This document shows positions 9,670 to 18,979 of a DNA stretch of 64,000 nucleotides, piece by piece. Source of the DNA: Pseudomonadota bacterium (lineage in GTDB: Bacteria; Pseudomonadota; Alphaproteobacteria; Micavibrionales; UBA2020); the NCBI GenBank assembly GCA_021805245.1, contig JAJZFS010000075.1, forward strand, positions 6,872 through 70,871, given 5' to 3'. The notes under the pieces are model-generated. The model was not told the DNA's origin. It was given only the letters and a program-made list of their open reading frames with translations, and made no database searches. How positions within the stretch are numbered: the stretch's first letter is position 1; each line of letters opens with the position of its first letter. The position numbers were made by a program, and so were the translations under genes.

Positions 9670-9744
9670 CTAACCTGAGAGAGTAGGACGATCCTGGCGA
9701 AAATGGCCGATGTTCTCAAGCGGCCACTTCGCAGGTTAGGCGGA
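9670..9744. repeat. 75-bp MITE-like repeat, copy B
   Basis: See copy A: 63/75 identity with the same inverted termini. Confidence 0.8.
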
Positions 9745-9775
9745 GTTTTTGTCTGCGGGCCTAATCATCTAATGG

Positions 9776-9961
9776 TTGTATTCGCATACCGTTGCGGTTG
9801 ACGGCGGAGACAAGGCTGCAGTAGCCGCCAAAGACAAGCTGAAAAAGTCTCTAACGCCAACGAAGCTGGTGCAGGCGGAAAAGTATGCCGCAGATTACGA
9901 AGCCAAATACGCCAGAACTGCCATGCAGCTTGAGGAAGAGGAAATGCGCAAAGCGCGATAG
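9776..9961 (+). pseudogene. Possible C-terminal tail of a Sel1/TPR-repeat protein (fragment)
   Basis: ..GDKAAVAAKDKLKKSLTPTKLVQAEKYAADYEAKY.. resembles the ..A..ALDRL.KKMTPEQIAEAQKLAREW.. tails of Sel1-repeat proteins. No repeats lie upstream. Confidence 0.25.
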
Positions 9962-10099
9962 TGCGGATGAGGGGTTTTTTATTTTCTGCAACGCACGTTG
10001 TCAGGCAAGCGAAGATTCCTGAGGTTGTCTGAACATGAAATGGCATTGCCCACAGAGAAAAAAATAGGTCTGCTGGGCGCTTGAACTTTTCTGAGGCCG

Positions 10100-11467
10100 T
10101 TATTGGCCTGCGATCGTGCAGCCGTCGATCCGCGTTGTCGGTGCGACGAGGTGGTATTTCGTATTGGGCTGTTTCGGCGTGTCGTTGGCGAGCGCCACGT
10201 TCATGAACATTTTTTTGAGATTGCCGGAAACCACAAAACCGGATACGGCCGTTTTGGTGATTTTTCCGTTTTTGATCAGCAGGCCGTAGGCCTCGCGTGA
10301 ATGCGTGCCGTTGGCAGTATTCACCGTGCCGCCGTTAAAGCCCTTGATATAGATGCCTTCCTTGATGCCGGCGATCAGCTCTTCCGGCGTCTTTGTGCCG
10401 GGTAATACCTTGCTGTTCGTTGTGCCGTCTTCGCGTCCGATGGGGGATACGCCGATCTGGCGAGCTTCCATGACGCTGGCGTTGAAAGCTTTGAGGACGC
10501 CGTCTTCGATAAAGGTCACGGGTTTCATTTCAAGGCCGGCGGAATCGAGCGTGCCGGAACCAAGGCCGCGTTTGATTAGCGGATCGTCCACCAGAGTCAC
10601 GCCTTTGCTCATGACCTGCTGCCCTTGTTGTCCTTTCAAAAAGGTGTCGCCATTGAAGACCGCACTGCCGTCAATCGCCGACATCACCGTGCCGAAAAAT
10701 TCCTCGGCGGCGGCATGATCGAGCACAATCGGCATTTCTCCCGTTTTGGGCTGAACGGAGTCAAGCTGCGCAACCGTGGTTTCGGCGGCGGCGCGGCCCA
10801 GTTTGGCCGGATCGGTCATGTCGCCGAAATGATGGGCCTGACTGTAATCGTACCCCGCTTCCATGCCCTGCTTCGATTCCGCAATCACTTCGCCGCTGGC
10901 GCTGTAGGTGGTTTTTGCCTCATGGCGCTCGAGGCCGTTGGTGGCGGCCGTATAGGTTTGCGCGACAGACTTGCTCACCTTCAGCCGATCCGTTGTTTTC
11001 ACGCCCGCCACAGCCTGCGCCGCTTTTTCAAACTTGCGCGCGTAATCGATCAGTTCCGCCTGCCCCGGCTGGTTCTCCTCATAAAGATCAAGCGCGCTCA
11101 TATCCGGCTGTTTCGCCACCTTTGCTTTTTCAAGGAGGAGTTTGTTTTCGTTTTCCGGCACAAGATGGATAACCTGCATGTTTTCCTTCATCGTGTCGCA
11201 GAGCTTTGCGGTATCCAGCGTGTTTTTCGAAAAAGACATGCTGCGCTTGCCGGCATAAAGGGTGATGCCGACCCCCCATTGCGTGCCCGTGACGGTTTCG
11301 GAAACGGCGCCGTTCGACACGCTGCTTTTCTGGTTTTCGCTGACGCTGATGGTGACTTTCGCATCCGTGATGCCGTAGGCGCCGCCCGTTTTGAGTGCGT
11401 AATCAAGAAGTGTTTTAGCGACCGGCTTGACCTTCTTGAGAAAATCTTTTTCTGCTTTCGTCGTCAT
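10100..11467 (-). CDS. pmbA: PmbA/TldE metalloprotease subunit
   Basis: This 455-aa PmbA_TldD-family sequence sits directly downstream of tldD with a 10-nt gap. AGGAG lies 6 nt upstream of the ATG. Confidence 0.85.
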   Translation of the reverse strand: MTTKAEKDFLKKVKPVAKTLLDYALKTGGAYGITDAKVTISVSENQKSSVSNGAVSETVTGTQWGVGITLYAGKRSMSFSKNTLDTAKLCDTMKENMQVIHLVPENENKLLLEKAKVAKQPDMSALDLYEENQPGQAELIDYARKFEKAAQAVAGVKTTDRLKVSKSVAQTYTAATNGLERHEAKTTYSASGEVIAESKQGMEAGYDYSQAHHFGDMTDPAKLGRAAAETTVAQLDSVQPKTGEMPIVLDHAAAEEFFGTVMSAIDGSAVFNGDTFLKGQQGQQVMSKGVTLVDDPLIKRGLGSGTLDSAGLEMKPVTFIEDGVLKAFNASVMEARQIGVSPIGREDGTTNSKVLPGTKTPEELIAGIKEGIYIKGFNGGTVNTANGTHSREAYGLLIKNGKITKTAVSGFVVSGNLKKMFMNVALANDTPKQPNTKYHLVAPTTRIDGCTIAGQ

Positions 11468-11477
11468 CTTTCTGCTC

Positions 11478-12965
11478 CTATTTACCTGCGCCGCCGACGG
11501 TCATTTTTTTGACCAGGATCGTGGGCTGGCCGCATCCGACCGGCACGGACTGGCCGTTTTTGCCGCAAACGCCCGCCGCTTTTTCAAGCTTGAGATCGTT
11601 GCCGACCATCGTAATGTTCTTGATGACCGTGGCCCCGTCGCCCGTAATGGCCGCGCCTTTGACAGGCTCGCAGAGTTTGCCGTTGCGGATGCGGTAGGCC
11701 AGCGTCGCGTTCATGTTGAACTTGCCGGAGGTGATGTCCACCTGTCCGCCGCCCATATTCGTGACGTAAAGGCCGTCCTTGACGGAAGCGATGATGTCTT
11801 CCGGCTTATGCTTGCCCGGCGCGAAGTAAGTGTTGGTCATGCGCGGCATCGGCAGGTGCGCATAAGACTGACGGCGGCCATTGCCCGTCGACTTGACTCC
11901 CATGAGTTTTGCGTTCTGGCGGTCCTGCATATAGCCCTGCAACACGCCGTCTTTAATCAGCACGTTTTCCTGCGTGCGCGTGCCTTCGTCATCGAAGTGA
12001 AGGCTGCCGCGCTCGCCGGGCATGTCGCCCGCATCGATGACGGTCACCTCGTCACCCGCGATCTTCTGGCCGATCTTGCCGCTGTAAACGGAGGTTCCTT
12101 TGCGGTTGAAGTCGCCCTCGAGGCCGTGTCCGATCGCTTCATGCAACAGAACGGCGGACCAGCCGGGATTGAGCACGACGTCCATGACGCCCGCAGGCGC
12201 TTCTTCCGCGATCAGCAGTGTTTTGGCGATTTCGAGAGCTTCCTTTGCGGCCTCTTTGCAGGCGGCTTCGTTAAAGGCCTCCTTGCAGTCAATATGGCCG
12301 CCAATAAGGGTACGGGCGGTTTCGACGTTCCCGTCCTTATCCGTCACCTGCACCTGAATGGAAAGGCTTGTCATGGGTCGTGATTCGACCAGCTCCTGCC
12401 CATCCTGTGTAATGATATGCACGTCTTTCACAGTGGAGGAATAGCTGATGGATACATTGGTCACGGACGGATCGAGACCTTTCGTATAGGTTTCCAGCGC
12501 GTCGATGCTGCTGATTTTCTCTGCCAGAGTCATGCCGCCCAGGGTGGCCTGCTCGGAAAAAAGTTTTTTGTCCACTTTGCCGAAAGCCGGCAGTTCATCA
12601 GACTTTTCCATGGTGGGGCCGACCGGATCATCATCTTTCTTCGGCTTGAGGCCGCCATTGTCGAGTATTTCGCGCGCTTCGTGAATGGCTTTTTTAAGCG
12701 CCTTCTCGTTGAATTCGTCCGCGTAAGAATAGCCGACCTGCTCACCCTTGCCGGTACGAAAGCCGAACCCTTCGCTGCTGTTGCCGACGGCGATAGAAGT
12801 GTATTGGCCGTTTTGCTTGGAGATGGATTCGCTGACGGCTTTCTCCTGATAGAATTCGCCGAAATCGGCTCCGCGCAATCCTTCTTTGACAGTTTTTACC
12901 GTCTTTTCCGGAGTGAGGTCTGACCCTTCGTAAAATTTATCGGTGGGAGAATTTTTCGCGCTCAT
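11478..12965 (-). CDS. tldD: TldD metalloprotease
   Basis: 495 aa with the TldD-type zinc motif HEAIGHGLEGDFNRKG and conserved ...GGGQVDITSGKF.... Confidence 0.9.
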   Translation of the reverse strand: MSAKNSPTDKFYEGSDLTPEKTVKTVKEGLRGADFGEFYQEKAVSESISKQNGQYTSIAVGNSSEGFGFRTGKGEQVGYSYADEFNEKALKKAIHEAREILDNGGLKPKKDDDPVGPTMEKSDELPAFGKVDKKLFSEQATLGGMTLAEKISSIDALETYTKGLDPSVTNVSISYSSTVKDVHIITQDGQELVESRPMTSLSIQVQVTDKDGNVETARTLIGGHIDCKEAFNEAACKEAAKEALEIAKTLLIAEEAPAGVMDVVLNPGWSAVLLHEAIGHGLEGDFNRKGTSVYSGKIGQKIAGDEVTVIDAGDMPGERGSLHFDDEGTRTQENVLIKDGVLQGYMQDRQNAKLMGVKSTGNGRRQSYAHLPMPRMTNTYFAPGKHKPEDIIASVKDGLYVTNMGGGQVDITSGKFNMNATLAYRIRNGKLCEPVKGAAITGDGATVIKNITMVGNDLKLEKAAGVCGKNGQSVPVGCGQPTILVKKMTVGGAGK

Positions 12966-13172
12966 GGGACACCTTGTAATTTAATTTCATCATGATCGCA
13001 AATATTATTGACATATTAACAACAGATGTCAATAAGGAAAATACTTAATCATGATCGCATTGGAGGCAATGGCCCCCCGGGGGCTTAATTTTTATCACGG
13101 AATCTTGAGAAAAATGGTCTGATACTGAATTTTTAATTCGTTGTTATTTTGTTCCTGCCATGGACCCTGTAT

Positions 13173-13201
13173 TTGACATATAAGTTTAATTAGCTTATAG
13201 A
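13173..13201 (+). promoter_or_regulatory. Candidate sigma70-type promoter for bglX
   Basis: TTGACA, a 17-nt spacer, then TATAGA, about 60 nt upstream of the bglX ATG. Confidence 0.35.
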
Positions 13202-13260
13202 TAGAAAATAATTTAAGGGTCAGAGTGCGTTCCCTCCTTTGAACGCGGCAGGAGATTTTT

Positions 13261-15567
13261 ATGGCTGAAGGCGCGGCACGCAATACGGACCGGAAGATGA
13301 AAAGCCTGATTGACGGCCTGCTGCGGCGGATGACGCTGGAGGAAAAGCTCGGGCAACTCAACCTCGTCGCCGATGCCGGCGGCGCCGTCACCGGGGCGGC
13401 CGTCAACAAAGATGCCGGGAAAAAAATCTCGCAAGGGATGGTGGGCGGCATGCTGAACGTGTGGTCGCCGGATAAGTTGCGCGGGATACAAGAGCTGGCC
13501 GTCGAAAAATCACGGCTTCACATTCCACTGCTGTTCAGCGCGGACGTTATTCACGGTCACAAGACGGTCTTTCCTATCCCGCTCGCGCTTTCTTGCACGT
13601 GGGATATGAAACTGATCGAAAAGAGCGCGCACATCGCCGCGACCGAAGCCGCCGCCGACGGCTTGAAATGGACTTTTTCCCCGATGGTCGATGTTTCCCG
13701 CGATCCGCGCTGGGGCCGCGTCGCCGAGGGCGGCGGGGAAGACACTTATTTAAACGTGCACATCGCCGCTGCGATGGTCAAAGGCTATCAGGGCAAGGAC
13801 TTGTCCCGCACCGACACGGTCATGGCCTGCGCCAAGCACTTCGCCCTCTATGGCGCGGCCGAGGCCGGGCGCGATTACAACACGGTGGATATGAGCCCGC
13901 AAAAAATGCGCGAGGTTTATCTGCCGCCGTTCGAGGCCGCCGTCAAGGCGGGGGTGGGCAGCCTGATGACGGCGTTCAATGACGTGAACGGCGTTCCCGC
14001 CAGCATGCATAAAGGTCTGCTTAAAGATATACTCCGTAAAGAATGGGGCTTCGGTGGAATTGTGGTCACCGATTATACCGCCATCAATGAAATGACCGCG
14101 CACGGCGTCGGCGATTTGAAAACCGTTTCCGCACTGGCGCTCAAGGCGGGCGTCGACATGGATATGGTGGGCGAGGGCTTTCTGACCACGCTCAAGCAGT
14201 CTCTGGCCGAAGGCAAAGTCACGCAGAGAGAGATCAACCGGGCCTGCCGCCGCATACTCGAGGCCAAATACAAACTCGGCCTGTTTGATGACCCCTATCA
14301 ATTCTTCAGCAAGCAAAGGGCGGAAAAGAAAATATTGAGCGCCGCGCACCGACAGGCGGCCCGCGAGGCCGTTGCGCGCTCCTGCGTCCTGCTGAAGAAT
14401 AAAGACAACGTGCTGCCGCTGAAAAAAAACGCGACTATCGCGCTGGTCGGCCCGCTCGCCGATGACAAAAAGAATATGCTGGGCACATGGGCCGTGGGCG
14501 GTGATCCTGAGAAGGCCATTCCGGTGGCGGAAGGCATTAAAAATGTGGCCGGTGACGGTGCCACCATCCTCTATGCCAAGGGCGCGAACATCACCGATGA
14601 CGCCGAACTGGCGAAGAAGCTGAACGTTTTCGGCGAGACGGCAACAATCGATGCGCGCCCGCCGGCGCAAATGATTGCCGAGGCCGTCGCCGCCGCCGAA
14701 AAGTCGGATGTCATCGTCGCCGTCGTCGGCGAGGCCAAGGAAATGTCGGGAGAATGCTCCGGCCGCACGGACATAAGCCTGCCTAAAAGCCAGTGCAAGC
14801 TTCTCAAAGCGCTTGCGGCGACGGGCAAGCCTCTGGTGCTGGTTGTGATGAGCGGCCGCCCGCTGACGATGGAATGGGAGGACAAACACGCGTCTTCCAT
14901 ACTCATGTCATGGTTCGGCGGCACCGAAACGGGCAACGGCATCGCCGATGTCTTGTTCGGCGATTACAATCCCGCCGGCAAGCTGACAGCGTCGTTTCCG
15001 CGCAACGTGGGGCAGATCCCCGTTTACTACGCGCACAAAAAGACGGGGCGGCCCGCGCCCGCGGACGCGTTCAAAAAATTCACCTCCTGCTATCTTGATG
15101 CGCCGAATACGCCGCTTTATCCCTTCGGTTACGGCTTGAGCTATACGCGGTTCGATTACAGTCCGGTTCAGCTGAGCAATACGGAGCTGCGGGACAATGA
15201 AACGCTGAAAGCCTCCGTCACCCTGACCAATACGGGGAAGCGGGCGGGCGCGGAAGTGATCCAGCTTTATATCGAAGATCCGGTGGCCAGCAGCACGCGC
15301 CCCGTGAAGGAGCTCAAAGGCTTCAAGAAAGTTTTCCTGCAGCCGGGCGAGAAAAAGAAAGTTTCTTTTGAAATAACCTCCGAAGATCTCAAGTTCACTA
15401 ACGCCGATCTGGTGCGCGATTGGGAAGCAGGTGAGTTCGTCGTTCATATCGGCACCAGTTCGGCCGCGACGCAATCTTCGGCGGTGCAATGGCGGCGTTC
15501 CGAAAATCCCCGCCGCCTTGCCGCGTCGCCAAAGACGCCGCCCGCGCGAAAGCACGGGGCGCCATGA
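13261..15567 (+). CDS. bglX: GH3 beta-glucosidase (BglX-like) with no recognisable signal peptide
   Basis: It has MTLEEKLGQL, SRDPRWGRV and GFGGIVVTDY (the GH3 nucleophile region), plus a C-terminal fibronectin-like domain. AGGAG lies 6 nt before the ATG. Confidence 0.9.
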   Translation: MAEGAARNTDRKMKSLIDGLLRRMTLEEKLGQLNLVADAGGAVTGAAVNKDAGKKISQGMVGGMLNVWSPDKLRGIQELAVEKSRLHIPLLFSADVIHGHKTVFPIPLALSCTWDMKLIEKSAHIAATEAAADGLKWTFSPMVDVSRDPRWGRVAEGGGEDTYLNVHIAAAMVKGYQGKDLSRTDTVMACAKHFALYGAAEAGRDYNTVDMSPQKMREVYLPPFEAAVKAGVGSLMTAFNDVNGVPASMHKGLLKDILRKEWGFGGIVVTDYTAINEMTAHGVGDLKTVSALALKAGVDMDMVGEGFLTTLKQSLAEGKVTQREINRACRRILEAKYKLGLFDDPYQFFSKQRAEKKILSAAHRQAAREAVARSCVLLKNKDNVLPLKKNATIALVGPLADDKKNMLGTWAVGGDPEKAIPVAEGIKNVAGDGATILYAKGANITDDAELAKKLNVFGETATIDARPPAQMIAEAVAAAEKSDVIVAVVGEAKEMSGECSGRTDISLPKSQCKLLKALAATGKPLVLVVMSGRPLTMEWEDKHASSILMSWFGGTETGNGIADVLFGDYNPAGKLTASFPRNVGQIPVYYAHKKTGRPAPADAFKKFTSCYLDAPNTPLYPFGYGLSYTRFDYSPVQLSNTELRDNETLKASVTLTNTGKRAGAEVIQLYIEDPVASSTRPVKELKGFKKVFLQPGEKKKVSFEITSEDLKFTNADLVRDWEAGEFVVHIGTSSAATQSSAVQWRRSENPRRLAASPKTPPARKHGAP

Positions 15568-16904
15568 AAAAGTTTTTTAACCGGAAATCGGCGGCGAACA
15601 AACTCTCCGATGACGATCTGCTGGATCTCGTGCAGAAGCAGACGCTGAAATATTTCACGGACTTTGCCCACCCCGTCAGCGGCATGGCGCGGGAGCGCAG
15701 CAATGCCAAACCGGAATGCGGTTACGACCTTGACTGTGTGACGACGGGCGGAACAGGGTTTGGCATCATGGCGATGATTGCCGGCGCGGAAAGAGGCTGG
15801 ATTTCGCATGACGAGGCGTTGGAAAAAATAACGAATATTGTCGACTTTCTTGACGGCGCCGATAAATATCACGGCGCTTTTTCGCACTTTATGGACGGAA
15901 AGACCGGAAAGACGATACCCTTTACTCCCCTTCCGGCGGACCACGTGACGAAGGCCCCGCTCACGAAGGATGATGGCGGGGATCTTGTCGAAACCTCGTT
16001 TTTGATGATGGGCCTGCTTTCGGCGCGCCAGTATTTTTCCGCCCGTCCCGAAGCGGCCGCGGTGTGCACAAAAATTAACAAACTGTGGGAGAATGTCGAG
16101 TGGGACTGGTATACCCAAAACGGTTCCGGCACTCTCTATTGGCACTGGAGCCCGCAGCACGGTTTTGCCATGAATCTGCCCATTCAGGGATGGAACGAAT
16201 GCCTTGTCACGCATCTTCTGGCGTCCGCTTCGCCGACACATCCGGTTTCGCCGCAGGTCTACGAGCAAAGCTGGACACACGGCACGGATTTTAAAAACGG
16301 AAAATCTTATGACGGCATTGCTCTGCCGCTGGGGCCGGAACAGGGCGGTCCGTTATTTTTTTCGCATTACTCCTTTTTGGGCCTGAACCCGAAAAAGCTG
16401 AAAGATAAAAATGCCAATTACTGGACACAGAACCGCAACCATACCCTCATTAACCGCGCGCACTGCGTCAGCAACCCCCACGGCCACAAAGGTTACGGGC
16501 CGGGCTGCTGGGGGCTGACGGCCAGCGACGACCACAAAGGGTATGATGCGCACTCTCCCACGAACGATGACGGTACCATTTCTCCCACGGCAGCGCTGTC
16601 GGCCTTTCCTTACACGCCTAAATATTCCATGCAGGCGCTCCGGCATTTTTATGAAGACCTTAGTGATAAAATATGGGGAAAGTATGGATTCGTCGATGCT
16701 TTTAACGAGAGTAAAAACTGGCAGGCGGACGGTCACCTTGCGATCAATCAGGGGCCCATTGTCGTGATGATCGAGAATTACCGCTCCGGCTTGTTGTGGA
16801 ATCTGTTTATGAGCTGCCCTGAAGTCGGGTGCGGGCTCAGGAACCTGAATTTTATCGCGCCCAAGACAAATAAAACATCTGTAAAGCCCGCAAAGCCGAA
16901 TTAG
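15564..16904 (+). CDS. GH144 / putative-glucoamylase family protein (endo-beta-1,2-glucanase family)
   Basis: The ATG overlaps the bglX stop as ATGA. Motifs FAHPVSGMARER, TTGGTGFGIMA, HFMDGKTGK, DLVETSFLMMGLL, LYWHWSP and QGWNECL match the family I know as PF10091/GH144. Confidence 0.7.
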   Translation: MKKFFNRKSAANKLSDDDLLDLVQKQTLKYFTDFAHPVSGMARERSNAKPECGYDLDCVTTGGTGFGIMAMIAGAERGWISHDEALEKITNIVDFLDGADKYHGAFSHFMDGKTGKTIPFTPLPADHVTKAPLTKDDGGDLVETSFLMMGLLSARQYFSARPEAAAVCTKINKLWENVEWDWYTQNGSGTLYWHWSPQHGFAMNLPIQGWNECLVTHLLASASPTHPVSPQVYEQSWTHGTDFKNGKSYDGIALPLGPEQGGPLFFSHYSFLGLNPKKLKDKNANYWTQNRNHTLINRAHCVSNPHGHKGYGPGCWGLTASDDHKGYDAHSPTNDDGTISPTAALSAFPYTPKYSMQALRHFYEDLSDKIWGKYGFVDAFNESKNWQADGHLAINQGPIVVMIENYRSGLLWNLFMSCPEVGCGLRNLNFIAPKTNKTSVKPAKPN

Positions 16905-17050
16905 AGGGCGGTCGCCGTCCGCAATGCCCGAAGACAGTCTCTCCCAGGGGCTGTCATTGAAATAATAAAATCTTAAGAACTTGCATATACAATCACCAGC
17001 GGGAATTGCTGCCTTGTATTGAACATATTTTTATTGATCAGGAAGGCCAA

Positions 17051-18943
17051 ATGAGCCGTACCAATATCATTTTTCTGTCCGTTTTAATATGCGGCGTTTT
17101 GAATTTTTCCCCTGCGCGGGCCGCAACCCCTGAAGAGAGCTTCAAGTATGCGAAGTACTACGACAGTATCGTCGTCAATGCCGACGGAACCCAGGATGAA
17201 AAAGTGACGGTGAGCCTGACGATTTTGCGCGCAGATGCTCTGGAAGGCCTGAAGCAGTTCACCATCCCGTACAGCACCAGCGCGGAAACGGTGGATGTTT
17301 TGGAGGCCTACACGCAGAAACCGGACGGGCATAAAATCAATGCCGATAAAAACAACTTTCAACTCGATGTGAATGGCGGACGAAAGGGTGCGGCGCCTGC
17401 ATTTTCCGATCAATCGTCCCTCACCGTCGTTTTCCCCGAGGTATCCGTCGGAGACACGGTGACAGTTGTTTACGATAAAAAAGTTATAAAGCCCCTGTTC
17501 CCCAAAATGTTCTCCAGTTTGTGGACCTTTTCAAGGTCGGGGATATATGATGATGCCCGCATTCATTATTCGATACCCGTTTCCCTGCACGCCAAATATG
17601 AAAGTTTCGGCCTTCAGGAGACCGAGAACAAGAAGGAAAACGGACGGCAGATTCTCGCATGGACCTTCAAGAACCTGACCGTCAAGAAAAAGAAATTTGT
17701 TGCGGAACCCGTCGAGGAGATCGGCGACGATCCGAGCCTCGCCGTATCAAGTTTTCCGTCTTATGAGGCGATGGCCAAAGCCTACGGAGAAAAGGCCAAC
17801 CCGAAGGCGAAGATCACAAAGCAAATTCAGGTGCTGGCGGACAAAATCACCAAAGGCATGGCCACGCCGCGCGACAAGGCCAAGGCGCTCTACGACTGGG
17901 AAATCGAGAACATCACTTATGCGGGGAACTGTATCGGCATCGGCGCCGTCGTGCCGCGCGATCTCGATTTTGTCCTTCAAAACAAGATGGGGGATTGCAA
18001 GGACCATGCGACGTTGCTGCAGGCTTTGCTCAAGGCCGGAGGGATCGAAAGCACCCAGGCGCTGATCGGCTACAATGACATTTACACGCTTCCCAAAGTT
18101 CCGTTAATGAGCGTCATCAATCATGTCATCAATTACATCCCGGGCATGAAAATGTATCTCGACGCCACCTCCGGCATGCCTTTCGGATATTTGCCGATGA
18201 GCCTTTCGGGCAAGCCCGTCCTGCTTGTGGACGGGTATCGAAAGGGCGCGACGACGCCCAAGTATCCCATCAATCTTGTCCGCCTCAAAATCGATGCGAA
18301 AGTGACTCTCACCAAAGACGGCGCAGCGGATGGCGTCACGACAGTTGCCGAGTCAGGACCGCTGGAAGCCAGTCAGCCCTATGAACAGGGCCGGAAGAAC
18401 CTGACGGCCGAAACGCTCAAGGAAGACGGCGAACACGCGCTGGAAGAATCGGGATATCAGGGCAGCGTCACTTACGAGCCGGTTATCTGGGATGAAAAGA
18501 CCATGACGTATACTTTCAGCATACGCTACCATCTGGACGATTACGTGCATCCCGGAACGCCCGGGGCTTTCGATCCGGAGCCGCCGTTTTCTCCCGAATA
18601 CATCGCCGCGTCCATCAGCCCGGTCATGGAAGGGCTGACCAAGAAGGACAATGATCAATTAAAGCACGGCTATGTTTGCCATGGCGGTTTTGTAGGGGAG
18701 AATTACCAGTATATTTTACCTAAAAAAATGAACGTTCTCGCGGTTCCCGAGGATGTGACCGCGTCCAGTACATCCCAGACATATTCCTCGCACTATGCGC
18801 TTTCCGGACGGATATTGACGGTTTCACGCGAGTTGAAAGACGCCGTGGCAGGTCCGACTTGCGCATCCGAAATGCATGACAGTCTGATCCCGATGGCCAA
18901 GAAGGCATGGACGGACCTGAAGGCGCAAATCGTTTATAAATAA
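17051..18943 (+). CDS. Secreted DUF3857 plus transglutaminase-like cysteine-protease-fold protein
   Basis: The signal peptide is MSRTNIIFLSVLICGVLNFSPARA|ATP. The transglutaminase core GDCKDHATLLQALLKAGGIES supplies Cys and His. Confidence 0.75.
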   Translation: MSRTNIIFLSVLICGVLNFSPARAATPEESFKYAKYYDSIVVNADGTQDEKVTVSLTILRADALEGLKQFTIPYSTSAETVDVLEAYTQKPDGHKINADKNNFQLDVNGGRKGAAPAFSDQSSLTVVFPEVSVGDTVTVVYDKKVIKPLFPKMFSSLWTFSRSGIYDDARIHYSIPVSLHAKYESFGLQETENKKENGRQILAWTFKNLTVKKKKFVAEPVEEIGDDPSLAVSSFPSYEAMAKAYGEKANPKAKITKQIQVLADKITKGMATPRDKAKALYDWEIENITYAGNCIGIGAVVPRDLDFVLQNKMGDCKDHATLLQALLKAGGIESTQALIGYNDIYTLPKVPLMSVINHVINYIPGMKMYLDATSGMPFGYLPMSLSGKPVLLVDGYRKGATTPKYPINLVRLKIDAKVTLTKDGAADGVTTVAESGPLEASQPYEQGRKNLTAETLKEDGEHALEESGYQGSVTYEPVIWDEKTMTYTFSIRYHLDDYVHPGTPGAFDPEPPFSPEYIAASISPVMEGLTKKDNDQLKHGYVCHGGFVGENYQYILPKKMNVLAVPEDVTASSTSQTYSSHYALSGRILTVSRELKDAVAGPTCASEMHDSLIPMAKKAWTDLKAQIVYK

Positions 18944-18979
18944 TGCCGGGAGAAACAGGCCCCAGAAGGGCGCGCGGCT

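Noticed and set aside
10625-12383. Long plus-strand ORFs (295 aa and 318 aa) opposite pmbA and tldD
   Set aside because: These are shadow ORFs of GC-rich genes. Their composition is Arg/Gly/Ala/His/Phe-rich, they carry no motifs, and they lie fully inside well-supported minus-strand genes.
15489-15563. The upstream start at 15489 for the GH144 gene
   Set aside because: It would overlap bglX by 79 nt with an Ala/Arg/Pro-rich extension. The ATG at 15564 gives the classic ATGA stop/start overlap.
13750-16280. Minus-strand ORFs of 379, 215 and 278 aa opposite bglX and the GH144 gene
   Set aside because: Their composition is typical of antisense frames (runs of R, G, A, H). The plus-strand genes have clear family motifs.
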